From Candidatus Gottesmanbacteria bacterium UBA6580 (GTDB lineage: Bacteria; Patescibacteriota; Microgenomatia; UBA10105; UBA927), in contig DJJA01000006.1 of NCBI GenBank assembly GCA_002433895.1, forward strand, positions 104,630 to 168,629: a stretch of DNA of 64,000 nucleotides. Direction: 5' to 3'. This document shows positions 37,662-49,434 of the stretch, in pieces. The translations under genes and the position numbers were made by a program. The notes beneath the pieces are model-generated. The model worked only from the letters and a program-made list of their open reading frames with translations, was not told the origin of the DNA and made no database searches. Numbering within the stretch: the stretch's first letter is position 1; every line of letters starts with the position of its first letter.

Positions 37662-38285
37662 TTAAAATTCGTGCCTGCCCTCCAACGCACGGGAAAGGGT
37701 CACCTCATCAGCATATTCGATATCGGCCCCCACTGGCAACCCGTGTGCCAGCCGGGTCACTTTGACCGCCGTCCCGTTTTCCGAATTGAGCTGGTTTATT
37801 TGTCTTGTGATATACATAGCGGTCGCTTCCCCCTCCATATTCGGGTTCGTCGCGAGAATTACTTCCCCTGCATCACTCCCCATACGTTTCAGACGTTTCA
37901 AAAGATCGGCAATATAGATTTCATCCGGTCCGATATTATTTAGCGGATCAATGCAGCCGTGTAACACATGATATACACCTTTAAACTTTCCGGTTTTTTC
38001 TACCGATAATACATCAGTCGGTTGCTCTACAACGCACAGCACACGCTGATCCCGGCTTGGCGTGCTGCAGACGATACACGGATCTTCTTCCGTGACGTTT
38101 TTACATATGGAACAAAGTACTGTATGTTTTTTTAGATTTTGAAGCGCGTCAGCAAACCGTTCAATATCATGCTGTGGCACATGAAGGAGATAAAACGCTA
38201 ACCGCTGCGCGGTCTTGGGACCCACACCGGGAAGCCGTTCAAATGATTCTATGACATGCACAAGCGATTTCGGAAGAAGCGCCAT
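37662..38285 (-). CDS. recR: recombination protein RecR
   Basis: HhH (LPGVGPKTAQRLA), C4 zinc finger and Toprim domain. Confidence 0.95.
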   Translation of the reverse strand: MALLPKSLVHVIESFERLPGVGPKTAQRLAFYLLHVPQHDIERFADALQNLKKHTVLCSICKNVTEEDPCIVCSTPSRDQRVLCVVEQPTDVLSVEKTGKFKGVYHVLHGCIDPLNNIGPDEIYIADLLKRLKRMGSDAGEVILATNPNMEGEATAMYITRQINQLNSENGTAVKVTRLAHGLPVGADIEYADEVTLSRALEGRHEF

Positions 38286-38297
38286 AATAGAGACATT

Positions 38298-39212
38298 TTA
38301 CTTTGTTTGCTGCATGATTGCATCAGCAAGAAGCGAAGAAACAGAAACAACGTCTAGTGTGGCAAAGTGTTTGGTAGTTGGCACGGCAATCGTGTCAGTC
38401 ACGATCACTTTATCAATAACGCTCTGAGAAAGTGTTTCTGCTGAGTGACCCGCAAGCACGGCATGCGTGGCCAAAAAATATACACTTGTAGCACCTTTTT
38501 CTTTGACGAACTTACTCGTCGTCACGGCGGTGGCACCGGTATTTATAATATCATCAAATATGATAACTGCTTTCCCATCCACCGCGCCTTCGATACCATC
38601 TACGGTAACCTCGCCAGTCGCGGTATCACGATGTTTCATAAGATAAACGGTGGATAATCCAGCTTTTTCGGCAAACCGCTCAGACCGGGAAACACCGCCT
38701 TTATCAGGTGAAACGACTACCGCGTTTTCTGAGGTAAAATTGCGCTCGGAGGAAAAGAGCGTCTCCCGGAGCAGTTCATGGGCAGATATCTCCATCACCG
38801 GTATGCGGAAAAATGGCAATACATTTTCGGAATGAAGCTCCACAGAAATTACCGCATCAAACCCAGCTGCCTCGATAAATTTCGCGACTAACTGCGATGA
38901 AATCGCCTCGCCTTTTCGAAATGCTTTGTCCTGCTTGCTATACCCCATCCACGGGATAACCGCGGTTACTTTCGTCGCCCCCAGATTTTTAATCGCAGAC
39001 CCCAATAAGCAAAGCTCGACCAAATGTTGATCCGCAACTTCGGAAAGTGACTGTACGACAAACACCTCTTGCCCCGAAACATCTTCACGAACAAATACCC
39101 GGCATTCATTGTCGATAAAACGGGTGATCTCCACGTCACCCAATGGCATATCGAGTAGTTTTGCTATGCGACCTGCGAGTGGTTCATTTGATGTGCCGGA
39201 AAAAATCTTCAT
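38298..39212 (-). CDS. prs: ribose-phosphate pyrophosphokinase
   Basis: PRPP synthetase motifs. Start at MKIFSGTSN. The track ORF over-extends upstream. Confidence 0.9.
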   Translation of the reverse strand: MKIFSGTSNEPLAGRIAKLLDMPLGDVEITRFIDNECRVFVREDVSGQEVFVVQSLSEVADQHLVELCLLGSAIKNLGATKVTAVIPWMGYSKQDKAFRKGEAISSQLVAKFIEAAGFDAVISVELHSENVLPFFRIPVMEISAHELLRETLFSSERNFTSENAVVVSPDKGGVSRSERFAEKAGLSTVYLMKHRDTATGEVTVDGIEGAVDGKAVIIFDDIINTGATAVTTSKFVKEKGATSVYFLATHAVLAGHSAETLSQSVIDKVIVTDTIAVPTTKHFATLDVVSVSSLLADAIMQQTK

Positions 39213-39934
39213 TATTGTAATCCTAACAAGGCGAGCAGCTGTCCGTCTATGAGAGAGTCTATATGCATATCGGGAGGAAATTGGGCAAAGTCTTCTTTGA
39301 CCACTCCCCACCCGGTCGCCACAATTACTGCGGTTGCCCCGATAACACGCGCGCACTCCGAGTCCCGAACCGTATCACCGATAATAATAATATCGCTCGG
39401 TGTAAACGTTTGACCGAAAAAAAGCTCAGCCTTGGCCGGAATAAGTCTGGCGAGGTCATTGCGCTCATCAGCCTCATGCCCGTATATACCAAACGCGATA
39501 TCCGGCAATCCGGTTGATCGAAGTTTCCAGCTCGCTGAAGGCCCAAGATTTCCGGTAAGCACCCCTTCCGACAAATGATCTGCCGAGATTACTTTCTCCA
39601 CCAATGTTTTTGCTTCGGGTATGACCGTATACGAAGGCCCGCCGTCTTTTATACTTTCCAGATATTCGGCGAATGCGTCACCGATATCACCTATTTTATC
39701 CAGAAATGCGTCACGGGAAATCCCAAAATCTTTTATGAACTCCCACAGGATATACCGGTCACCGGCGCCGTTAAAGTTTTTCGATTTCCAACGCTCCATG
39801 GTAAATGCTCCTATGTCGACTCCAAATACCTTTTTCACTGCGTACGGAAACCGTTGAAGATTATCCACCATCCGCTCTGCACGGATAAGTGTGCCGTCGA
39901 TATCAAATAACACCAGCTTTTTCTTTTTATTCAT
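39212..39934 (-). CDS. HAD-superfamily hydrolase
   Basis: DIDGTL motif I plus motifs II and III. Confidence 0.75.
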   Translation of the reverse strand: MNKKKKLVLFDIDGTLIRAERMVDNLQRFPYAVKKVFGVDIGAFTMERWKSKNFNGAGDRYILWEFIKDFGISRDAFLDKIGDIGDAFAEYLESIKDGGPSYTVIPEAKTLVEKVISADHLSEGVLTGNLGPSASWKLRSTGLPDIAFGIYGHEADERNDLARLIPAKAELFFGQTFTPSDIIIIGDTVRDSECARVIGATAVIVATGWGVVKEDFAQFPPDMHIDSLIDGQLLALLGLQ

Positions 39935-39948
39935 ATCTATGATGCGCT

Positions 39949-40686
39949 CTACTTCTTATCCGGCAGGCGAAGTAGCGCCAACATCGGCGCGTCCGTAAGC
40001 GTATTTACTACGATATCTCCTCCTGCTGCCTCCAATTGTTCTAAACTCTCGGTCATACCTGTCGCAACGCCGACAGAAAAGACGCCTGCTTTCTTTGCAG
40101 AAGCGATGTCATGAATAGTGTCGCCGACAACAATAATATCTGATCTAAGAAATTTAGTGCCGAAGTGATGTTGCGCCTTCTGTATTGCCTCCACAACCAG
40201 ATCGCCGCGATCTTCAACGTTATCTCCAAATCCCCCCACCGAAAATGGCGTATCGAAATCAGCACTTTTAAGCTTAAGCCACGCGTTTTTTTCAATATTT
40301 CCCGTAACCAATCCCATATAAATATGAGAAACCTTCATGAGCCTCTCTACCAAATCCGCGGCTTCCCGCACCTTGGTGAAATTAATATTTTTCTTCTCTA
40401 TGTGGTGCTTCAGCAATACGTGAAAATATTCAGCGGCTGCCGGAAACTTTTTTTCAAACTCATCCTTAGATACTCCCAGCATTTCAGCAATTTCCCTAAA
40501 ATACCGGCGCTCAACTTTCCCGTTGACCCGCGCGAGATCGAAATCCACCGGTAAATCCTTGCCGTACACCTCTTTAAATACTTCCACCACGCGGATCCGC
40601 CATTGTGCAACGCTTTGTTTGTCTGTTTGTACCAATGTCCCATCTATATCAAATAACACCAATTTCTTGTTTACATTTGCTTTCTT
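39949..40686 (-). CDS. HAD-superfamily hydrolase (paralog of preceding gene)
   Basis: LVLFDIDGTLV motif. Start at MKKANVNKK. Confidence 0.75.
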   Translation of the reverse strand, partial: KKANVNKKLVLFDIDGTLVQTDKQSVAQWRIRVVEVFKEVYGKDLPVDFDLARVNGKVERRYFREIAEMLGVSKDEFEKKFPAAAEYFHVLLKHHIEKKNINFTKVREAADLVERLMKVSHIYMGLVTGNIEKNAWLKLKSADFDTPFSVGGFGDNVEDRGDLVVEAIQKAQHHFGTKFLRSDIIVVGDTIHDIASAKKAGVFSVGVATGMTESLEQLEAAGGDIVVNTLTDAPMLALLRLPDKK

Positions 40687-40701
40687 CATGGTTTCTTTTA
40701 C

Positions 40702-40720
40702 GCCCACATCGGGAGTGGGC
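40702..40720 (-). repeat. 19-nt hairpin repeat copy 2 (identical to 23731-23749 in reverse complement)
   Basis: GCCCACATCGGGAGTGGGC on the plus strand is the exact reverse complement of GCCCACTCCCGATGTGGGC. On the minus strand it lies between the aminotransferase stop and the HAD start. Confidence 0.7.
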
Positions 40721-40729
40721 TTATGCAAA

Positions 40730-41935
40730 TTATGGTTTGTAGACGGATAGTGCTTTCGCGAGTAGCTCGACGCAGCGGCGGATAGACTTGGTGTTTAACA
40801 CATACGCTATCCGCACTTCATTTTTACCCATGCCCGGCGTCGCGTAAAACCCCGCAGCGGGAGCGATCATGACCGTTTCATTGTTATCCCGGAAATCGGT
40901 GAGTAGCCACTGGCAAAAATGTTCACTATCTTTCACCGGTAGTCCAACAATCGTATAAAACGCACCCTCCGGCTTTGGGATAACTACGCCGGGGATACCG
41001 CGCAGTCCTTCGTACAACGCGTCTCTGCGGTTTACATACTCGTTATGTACTTCCTTCATATAGGAATCAGGTACGTCAGTAAGTTTCGCGGCAATTGCCT
41101 GGTCAACTAACCCCGACGACAATCTCCCCTGCGCGATGGCAAGTACCCCACGCAATACGTCTGTATTGAGCGTCACCAGCGTCCCCAGCCGGACACCGCA
41201 CAAACTGTACCGCTTGGACATACTATCAAGCACAATCGCGCTATCGGGTATCTCCTGCATAAACCGAAGCAATGATACGTGTACCCTCCCGTCGTAGGTA
41301 TATTCCCGATACACTTCATCGGAAAGAAGGAATAACCCATGGGCTTTAGCGATATCGACAAGCATACGGATTTCATCTTCGGTATACGCCGTACCGGTGG
41401 GATTATTCGGATTACATATGAGAATCGCTTTCGTGCGGTCGGTAATTGCTGCCTCAATTGTTTTTTTGTCAGGCAGATGGAAACCGGTATCGGATGTCGT
41501 AAGTATCCCTTTCAGCGTGACGCCGTTTACTACGGCATATGAATTGTAATTGGTGTACAGTGGCTCAAAGGTAAGCACCTCGTCACCGGGATTACACGCA
41601 GCAAAAAGCGCCATAGAAATCGCTTCTGACCCCCCGGTAGTTACTTGGATATGTGGAGTTTCTAAAAATGTAAATCCCAACCGGTGATAATACCGGAGCA
41701 TCGCCTCCAAAAATCCGGGATTACCCTGTGACTGATCGTAGCCGATAGGATTTCTGTCCCACGTACGGAGTACTTCAAGCATAACGTCGGGTGTCTTAAT
41801 ATCAGGGTCGCCGATATTGAGATGATACACATGCACGCCTGCTTGTTTGGCGGCAACGGCAAATGGCACGAGCTTACGGATAGGGCTTGCGGGAACCTGA
41901 GCAAGCCGGTGTGAGACTGCGGTAGTTGCACTCAT
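40730..41935 (-). CDS. class I/II aminotransferase (aspartate/LL-DAP aminotransferase-like)
   Basis: PLP-Lys context SMSKRYSLCGVRLG and the fold-type I pattern. Confidence 0.8.
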   Translation of the reverse strand: MSATTAVSHRLAQVPASPIRKLVPFAVAAKQAGVHVYHLNIGDPDIKTPDVMLEVLRTWDRNPIGYDQSQGNPGFLEAMLRYYHRLGFTFLETPHIQVTTGGSEAISMALFAACNPGDEVLTFEPLYTNYNSYAVVNGVTLKGILTTSDTGFHLPDKKTIEAAITDRTKAILICNPNNPTGTAYTEDEIRMLVDIAKAHGLFLLSDEVYREYTYDGRVHVSLLRFMQEIPDSAIVLDSMSKRYSLCGVRLGTLVTLNTDVLRGVLAIAQGRLSSGLVDQAIAAKLTDVPDSYMKEVHNEYVNRRDALYEGLRGIPGVVIPKPEGAFYTIVGLPVKDSEHFCQWLLTDFRDNNETVMIAPAAGFYATPGMGKNEVRIAYVLNTKSIRRCVELLAKALSVYKP

Positions 41936-41985
41936 GTGGTTATTGTAGTCGGGAAGCGCACAAAAATCCAGAGAAGAAGCTACCC

Positions 41986-42405
41986 TCACCAATCACTAAA
42001 TAATTTACTCACTCTGTTTCGATTCTGAGGGGAAATTTTCATCGATCGCACCGCATCCCGAAGCTTCTCTTTATCACCGCTTTGTGCCCATATTTCGTGA
42101 ATGATATCGCCATCGCTCGCGCTGTTACGCGGGTGGAATGTCTGCTGCTTCATCTCGGCCGCGAGAGTAACGAGTAATCTGGCACGTTTGTCCGGCGGCA
42201 GCAGACCATTTGCGGCATAAACAAAATCAGCCCTGCCCCCGTCTAACAGGTAAACGTCGAACGTGGTAAACCATGACGCGTCTATTGGACGCCCATCAAC
42301 AAATGGCTGAAGCAATACAACTGACTGCCGGCGGTACCGGGTTCTGATCGTGATATCTTTGAGTACACCGAGCACTCTACCTGCTGTTGCTTCCAATAAA
42401 CCCAT
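41986..42405 (-). CDS. hypothetical protein
   Basis: 139 aa with no motif. Confidence 0.3.
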   Translation of the reverse strand: MGLLEATAGRVLGVLKDITIRTRYRRQSVVLLQPFVDGRPIDASWFTTFDVYLLDGGRADFVYAANGLLPPDKRARLLVTLAAEMKQQTFHPRNSASDGDIIHEIWAQSGDKEKLRDAVRSMKISPQNRNRVSKLFSDW

Positions 42406-42526
42406 CGATAATTATCTTACCCGTATAATTACCAGATGCGCAATATCGCACACGCTAGTCTCATAGACACACGGGATTTCCCTATGTATAATATCGCACA
42501 TTATGTTTAATGGAGAAAGTATTGTC

Positions 42527-43045
42527 ATGCAGAAAGAGCGGTTGACGCAAGACACCAAATTTCTATTGCGTCATGGTGTTATCCCTTGGATGCCTCGGGC
42601 GTCTGTTGATATTACTCGAATTTCCCGTACGTCGTCGCCTCATCAGGTATTGTCGATCGCGGACACTATCTTCGAGACAGTGTACAGCTACCTACCCTCA
42701 AAAAATGGTCATGAAATGCGGTTGAGTTACCGGCGAGAATGGAGCGGTGTAAATCCCCGTCTTACCAGAAACGCGATACACGAGCTTTGTGCGAATTTAT
42801 TTACGCAACTCAAAGCATACGACGTTTCCCGAGAAATGTTCGGGTTCCGCATGCAGGTATTTGATGAGGTATTACCTTTCGTTTCTTCGAGACGCAAAAC
42901 GCTCATCGATATTCAAAGTGGAATAAGCACCAGGTTGGGAGACGGGCAACGTCATTATGATGGTGACGGCCAGTGGTCATTTAGCCAAATGAAAGGACTA
43001 CGAACACACACTGGACATTTCTATATCAGAGGTAACCGCACGTAA
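42527..43045 (+). CDS. hypothetical protein
   Basis: About 172 aa, divergent from the previous gene, with no motif. Confidence 0.3.
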   Translation: MQKERLTQDTKFLLRHGVIPWMPRASVDITRISRTSSPHQVLSIADTIFETVYSYLPSKNGHEMRLSYRREWSGVNPRLTRNAIHELCANLFTQLKAYDVSREMFGFRMQVFDEVLPFVSSRRKTLIDIQSGISTRLGDGQRHYDGDGQWSFSQMKGLRTHTGHFYIRGNRT

Positions 43046-43100
43046 AGGCGACGCACCAATACTCCTTTACCTTTCGCTTCCCCAACAAGCAGGGCGTCAA

Positions 43101-44467
<1,367 letters not shown>

Positions 44468-45016
44468 TTAATCGTTAACAAGGGGCAGGTAAAAGTGTAC
44501 TTCTCCAATATATTGTCCTTTAAACGCGATCGCCCCCGGTGTCACTCCCGCTTTCCGAAACCCCAACTTTTCGTACATATGAAGTGCCGGAGCATTTGTT
44601 TCAAAGCACGTTAACGTGAGCAATCGTAATCCGAGAACGCGCGCTTCGTCAATAAGGGATTTCATGAGCTCCGTCCCTATTCCTTCTCCACGGAATGCCG
44701 AACGGAGTGATAGGCCAATGTTCCCCACGTGACGATGCCTGCCTTTACCCCGGTTCACTCTGCCGTTTCCGGCAAACGCGCCCTGTACATATACCATGAG
44801 ATAAATGGACTCTCTTTCATTGACCTCACGGATCACCGCTTCAAAAAAGTCATGCTCTTCATTTTCTGTCGGTGGCGTATCGAGCGCGATGAATGTGTCT
44901 TCGCTGCCAATATCACACGCAAACGAAAACATGTCCGCAAAGTCGGTAACTTTGGGATAACGGAAAAGCACCTCATTTCCTTTTTTGCTGGTAAAGCGCT
45001 TCACGATGTCTGACAT
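44468..45016 (-). CDS. GNAT-family N-acetyltransferase
   Basis: Acetyl-CoA binding motif RGEGIGTELM. Confidence 0.8.
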   Translation of the reverse strand: MSDIVKRFTSKKGNEVLFRYPKVTDFADMFSFACDIGSEDTFIALDTPPTENEEHDFFEAVIREVNERESIYLMVYVQGAFAGNGRVNRGKGRHRHVGNIGLSLRSAFRGEGIGTELMKSLIDEARVLGLRLLTLTCFETNAPALHMYEKLGFRKAGVTPGAIAFKGQYIGEVHFYLPLVND

Positions 45017-45025
45017 GGCACGATA

Positions 45026-45967
45026 TTACAACTCAAGCGTCTGGTGATAATTTTCCTGATACCTTTTGATAAATTCTTCTTTTGTATAGTGGTGCGTTAC
45101 GGTACCGTACTTCTCTACCGTATAAACCGCAGCAACCGCTCCCATTTGACCCGCAACAAGCAAATCAAAGCCACGCAGGTATCCCGCGATAAATCCACCC
45201 CGGAACGCGTCCCCCGCGCCGGTAGGATCGGATACATTTTTGGGCTTTGCGGGTTTTATATGAATTGCTTCCTTACGGGTTTCCACTATCGCCCCTTTCG
45301 ACCCGAGTGTGGTAATTACCGCCTTTGGTCCCATAACCAGCAACTCTTCATGGGATATCTCTAATTTTTGTTCAATAAGCGAAATCTCATAGTCATTACC
45401 GATAAGAAGCTCTGCTTTCTCTATCGCGGTACGTAACTCTTCGGGTGAAAAATTGCCGATCTGAAACGCAGGGTCGTACATGTATGGGTAACCCAAATTC
45501 TGACACTCGGTCACATATTTTTTCATCGCATCTGGATCATTGGGACCGATAATGACCAACCGGGGTGCTGTCTCCTGTTTGAGGGAAAGGTCTTTGTTGT
45601 AACGCGTAGCTCCCGTGTAAAAAGCGCCTATCTGGTTGTCATCGCTATCGGTGATAACGTGATAACTTCCACACGGCTCATCACGTACTTCATGTATGCC
45701 GGCGTGCGGTATACCGTGCTTTTCTAAAAACTCCCGGTACTCGGAAAAATCATTCCCGGCGGTGGCGACAATGTATGGCTCAGCACCCAACAACCGCAGC
45801 GTATACGCAAGGTTGCCCGCGGTGCCCCCCAAATTTTTTGATAACTTATCGGCAAAAAACGAAAGGGATATTTGATGTAGTTTATCCGGCATGATCCGGT
45901 CGGCAAACCGGCCGGTAAAATTCATAATATAGTCATATCCCAGTGAACCGGTGACTATTTCCTTCAT
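45026..45967 (-). CDS. PfkB-family carbohydrate/nucleoside kinase (adenosine kinase-like)
   Basis: GG motif and DPTGAGDAF anion hole. Its position near ahcY suggests adenosine as substrate; that is an inference. Confidence 0.75.
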   Translation of the reverse strand: MKEIVTGSLGYDYIMNFTGRFADRIMPDKLHQISLSFFADKLSKNLGGTAGNLAYTLRLLGAEPYIVATAGNDFSEYREFLEKHGIPHAGIHEVRDEPCGSYHVITDSDDNQIGAFYTGATRYNKDLSLKQETAPRLVIIGPNDPDAMKKYVTECQNLGYPYMYDPAFQIGNFSPEELRTAIEKAELLIGNDYEISLIEQKLEISHEELLVMGPKAVITTLGSKGAIVETRKEAIHIKPAKPKNVSDPTGAGDAFRGGFIAGYLRGFDLLVAGQMGAVAAVYTVEKYGTVTHHYTKEEFIKRYQENYHQTLEL

Positions 45968-45983
45968 GCTTGTACGGCTGACG

Positions 45984-46250
45984 TTATTGTTGGAAATTTT
46001 TGGAGATTTCCGCCAGCTTCATCGCTGCCGCTTGTTGACTCTTTTTGATCGCCTCGTTTAATGCTGCCTGCACGTCACTATTCTGTACACCGTCAATTTC
46101 TACGGTTTTTACATTCTGGTTTCCGGAAATAACGATCCGTACATTCCCTTTGGTCACTTCAAACTCTTCCTGCTCTAATGCCTGTTGAATTTGTAACGCC
46201 TGCTTACGCATCGCGTTCACGTCCCCTAATGCTTTAAATGGATTAAACAT
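45984..46250 (-). CDS. ybaB: nucleoid-associated protein YbaB/EbfC
   Basis: 88 aa, family pattern, downstream of dnaX as is commonly conserved. Confidence 0.85.
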   Translation of the reverse strand: MFNPFKALGDVNAMRKQALQIQQALEQEEFEVTKGNVRIVISGNQNVKTVEIDGVQNSDVQAALNEAIKKSQQAAAMKLAEISKNFQQ

Positions 46251-46281
46251 ATATCCTCCTTCACTCCGATCATATCGGAGA

Positions 46282-47742
46282 TTATTTTTTACCTAACACA
46301 ATTTCTATTTTAACTTTCTCGCCGAATAATTTCTTGAGTACATCAGACAACACTTGTTTTGTATGAATATCGGCAAGTTTTTCCTGATGAAACTTATAAA
46401 ACGCCTCGATGGTCACTATACCACCATTGACACTCTTTGGTCTAGAGGACCGTAAAACTCCTGCGACCGAGTGATTAAACGGCTTTGTCGCGGTGATAAA
46501 ATCTGACCAATGATCCAATAACTTTTCCTGCGTTAAAAGCCCGAGCGACGCAACTTCGGGTTCGTCCGCGGGTACCGCTACGGGAGGTGCGTGCTGGGCT
46601 GGCGGCACTGGTTTTGCGGCAACCGGAGGTACTGCCGGAGGCGTGCTTGTCTTTGGTGCAAGAGCAGGTGGTACGGAAGCCACAGCGGCCGGCTGCACTC
46701 CTGCTTGTGGCGCTGGTGCCTGGAACGACTCAATGACAGCTAGCTCCAACGGAAGTTCTGGTATCGGGCTATACCGGAGCTCGCTATATGCCCGGGTGAG
46801 TAAATGGATAATTCGCTCAATATTTTTCGTATCCGGTGAAATATTTTTTTCGCTCACCCGGCTTAAAAGTTCTTTATGCAAATACTGCAGTACATCGATG
46901 AGAAACGAACGGATATCCGCGCCTTCCGAAACCGCACCATGTATGTGTGTCAGCGCTTTTGCAACATCCGCTCCCTTACCATACAGAAACGACACAAACA
47001 GCGCGACGTTATGGCTTGTCGACAATGAAAGCACCGAGTCTATATGGGCAATTTCGATTTTTCCTTTGCCGAAACTCACTTGCTCTAAAAATTTCACGGC
47101 ATCCCGAAACGCACCGTCTGCCACCTCTATAATCCGCTGCAATGCTTCGTCTGAGATGGAAATCTTTTCCGATTTCACTACCCGCTGCAGTGCGTGCAAC
47201 AGTTCTTCTTTTGACGCTTTGGCAAATTTGATCACCATACACCGCGAGGTGATAGTCGGCGGCACTTTATGCGCGTCTGTCGTCGCCAACACAAATATCG
47301 CGTGGCTTGGCGGCTCTTCGAGGGTTTTCAGCAAGGCATTAAACGCCTCGGTCGTTAACATGTGCACCTCGTCGATAATATAAATCGTGTAGGCAGATGA
47401 CACCGGGGAAAGGCCAATACGCTCACGCAGCTGTCTGATCTCATCAATACCACGATTGCTGGCAGCATCCATCTCGATGACGTCAAGGCTCGTGCCAGCT
47501 GCGATACTTTCACACTGCTCACACTTACCGCACGGGCCGGTTTTCGTGGATTTTTCACAGTTAAATAATTTGGCGATTACCCGGGCGGCGGTCGTCTTCC
47601 CCGTCCCCTTAGGTCCGGCAAAAAAATACGCGTGCGGCAAATCCTTACGGTCTTTAGAAAGCAGCGCTAACAACTGCGCGCGCACGTTTGCGTTGTCTAT
47701 TTCATCGATTATCTGCGGCCGGTATGTTCTATAAAACGACAT
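46282..47742 (-). CDS. dnaX: DNA polymerase III subunit gamma/tau
   Basis: AAA+ Walker A (GPKGTGKTT), zinc module CGKCEQC, SRC motif. Confidence 0.9.
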   Translation of the reverse strand: MSFYRTYRPQIIDEIDNANVRAQLLALLSKDRKDLPHAYFFAGPKGTGKTTAARVIAKLFNCEKSTKTGPCGKCEQCESIAAGTSLDVIEMDAASNRGIDEIRQLRERIGLSPVSSAYTIYIIDEVHMLTTEAFNALLKTLEEPPSHAIFVLATTDAHKVPPTITSRCMVIKFAKASKEELLHALQRVVKSEKISISDEALQRIIEVADGAFRDAVKFLEQVSFGKGKIEIAHIDSVLSLSTSHNVALFVSFLYGKGADVAKALTHIHGAVSEGADIRSFLIDVLQYLHKELLSRVSEKNISPDTKNIERIIHLLTRAYSELRYSPIPELPLELAVIESFQAPAPQAGVQPAAVASVPPALAPKTSTPPAVPPVAAKPVPPAQHAPPVAVPADEPEVASLGLLTQEKLLDHWSDFITATKPFNHSVAGVLRSSRPKSVNGGIVTIEAFYKFHQEKLADIHTKQVLSDVLKKLFGEKVKIEIVLGKK

Positions 47743-47864
47743 AATACAGTAAATAGTTTATAGTGCACTCGACGATTATTAGCAATATCCGGACCAAGAG
47801 GTACACGTTCAGGGAAAATGAGGAAGCCGCGAGAAAAACCGGAACGTTTTATCCCACGGTATCA

Positions 47865-48260
47865 TTACTCCTCGTGGTGGTTCCCTAGTAAATGCTCAAG
47901 TCCATGAAGCACTAATTCGATGAGTTTATCGTCGACCATTTTGTTTTCTTCAGTTGCTTCCCGGACGGCCTCTGGATACGAAACAACAATGTCACCCAAA
48001 CGAAGGATACCGTCGGGAACCTCAACAAACGGCTTCATCGGCTGCGAAGGATCATGTTGGGGAAACGATAATACGTCGGTCGTGGCATCTAATTTTCGGT
48101 AATTCTTGTTTAGCTCACGCATCCTGCGGTCACCCACCACAATAATGCTCAACTCCGCGTCACTTTTTATCCTCCCCTGCAGCGACTGAGTAACGGCACC
48201 GGTGATGACCGATTTTTTTACCGGAAAATGTGATTCTGTTTGAAAAAGAACAGTTATCAT
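47865..48260 (-). CDS. ybeY: rRNA maturation endoribonuclease YbeY
   Basis: HGLEHLLGNHH metal-binding motif. Confidence 0.85.
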   Translation of the reverse strand: MITVLFQTESHFPVKKSVITGAVTQSLQGRIKSDAELSIIVVGDRRMRELNKNYRKLDATTDVLSFPQHDPSQPMKPFVEVPDGILRLGDIVVSYPEAVREATEENKMVDDKLIELVLHGLEHLLGNHHEE

Positions 48261-48292
48261 GGGCGTGACTAGTACAATATATCAATTCGGGA

Positions 48293-48739
48293 TTATTTGG
48301 AAGAGAGTAGCTGCTTCAATATTGCAGACACCCGGCTGCCATCTGCCTGACCCTTGACTGCTGCCATCGCCCGCCCCATAAGGGGCCCAAAGTCACCGCC
48401 GGCCGCGGCGACCGGAGCAATAAGCGCGGTAAGCTCTTCGTCAGACAGCTGCTTCGGGATGTACTGCTCAAGGATCGCAAGCTGTGCCTGTTCGTTTTTA
48501 GCAAGCTCTGGGCGGTTTGCTTTGGTAAACGCGTCGACTGACTCTGTATGCGTTTTTACCTGTTTTTTAATCACGTCCAAAACATCAGCGTCAGTAATTT
48601 TTGCCTCACCGTCGGCACCATATTTCGCAATGGCCACATTCCTCACTGCAGCCAAAAGAAACCGTAATGTATCTACGGTTACGGCATCATGCGCCTTCAT
48701 AGCAGTGGTTACCTGTGATCGGATGTCATCCAATAACAT
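48293..48739 (-). CDS. GatB/YqeY domain protein
   Basis: 148 aa with the family pattern. Confidence 0.8.
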   Translation of the reverse strand: MLLDDIRSQVTTAMKAHDAVTVDTLRFLLAAVRNVAIAKYGADGEAKITDADVLDVIKKQVKTHTESVDAFTKANRPELAKNEQAQLAILEQYIPKQLSDEELTALIAPVAAAGGDFGPLMGRAMAAVKGQADGSRVSAILKQLLSSK

Positions 48740-48745
48740 AAGAAA

Positions 48746-48943
48746 TTACCGCATTGCTAATTTACGGTTCCTCTTCAGTCGGCGGGAAAGCTCTTTCTTC
48801 TGCTCTTTGCGTTTTTCAGCCGGCTTGACGTAATGCTCGCGCTTTTTCAAATCCTGCAATATACCTTCATTGAGGACTTTACGCATAAACTTGCGGATTA
48901 ACGCGTCTGATGTGTCGCCTGGTTGTGCTTTTACAAATACCAT
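48746..48943 (-). CDS. rpsU: 30S ribosomal protein S21
   Basis: Basic C-terminus KRKEQKKELSRRLKRNRK and the S21 pattern. Confidence 0.8.
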   Translation of the reverse strand: MVFVKAQPGDTSDALIRKFMRKVLNEGILQDLKKREHYVKPAEKRKEQKKELSRRLKRNRKLAMR

Positions 48944-49018
48944 AAATACATACACCTCATTTCCTTTTTGCCATCCCGGTTCATGTACCGGAGCCTCACG
49001 ATGATGACAACACTCCCT

Positions 49019-49434
49019 TTACTTCAGGTTTGCCTTAATAGCGTTTGCTACTGAAACAAAATCCTTATTATGTAACGGCTTACCCGGGAGTGATTGCATT
49101 ATACCACCACCGTCACCCTCAAAGCGAGGCATAATATGAATATGCAGATGCTTCACCCCTTGCGGCTCCCCGTGATTTATCCCTATCGATAATATCTGGG
49201 TGCCATATGTTTTCTCAATTGCCGCGGCAACCTTTTTTGCGGCCGACCATAACACCCCCAATTCGTCGTTGGTGTAGTCATGAATAGTAGCGCCATGCTT
49301 TTTGAGTATTACCATCGCGTGCCCGTCTGTAGCACCAAAAATATCCAAAAAACTCCGGGTATCCGCGTCTTCGTAGACCGTATATGAAGGAATATCGTTT
49401 GCCACCAGCTTACAAAAAATACACCCGTTCATTT
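49019..49434 (-). CDS. HIT-family hydrolase
   Basis: HxHxH motif (HLHIHIM). Start at MNGCIFCK. Confidence 0.85.

Noticed and set aside
47743-47864. Possible SRP (4.5S/ffs) RNA in the 122-nt gap upstream of dnaX, where ffs often lies
   Set aside because: Neither strand contains the domain IV hallmark (UCC-GGAA-GGAAGCAGC with a partner GCAGAUGA strand). Only weak GGAAGC and GGUCCGGA fragments are present.
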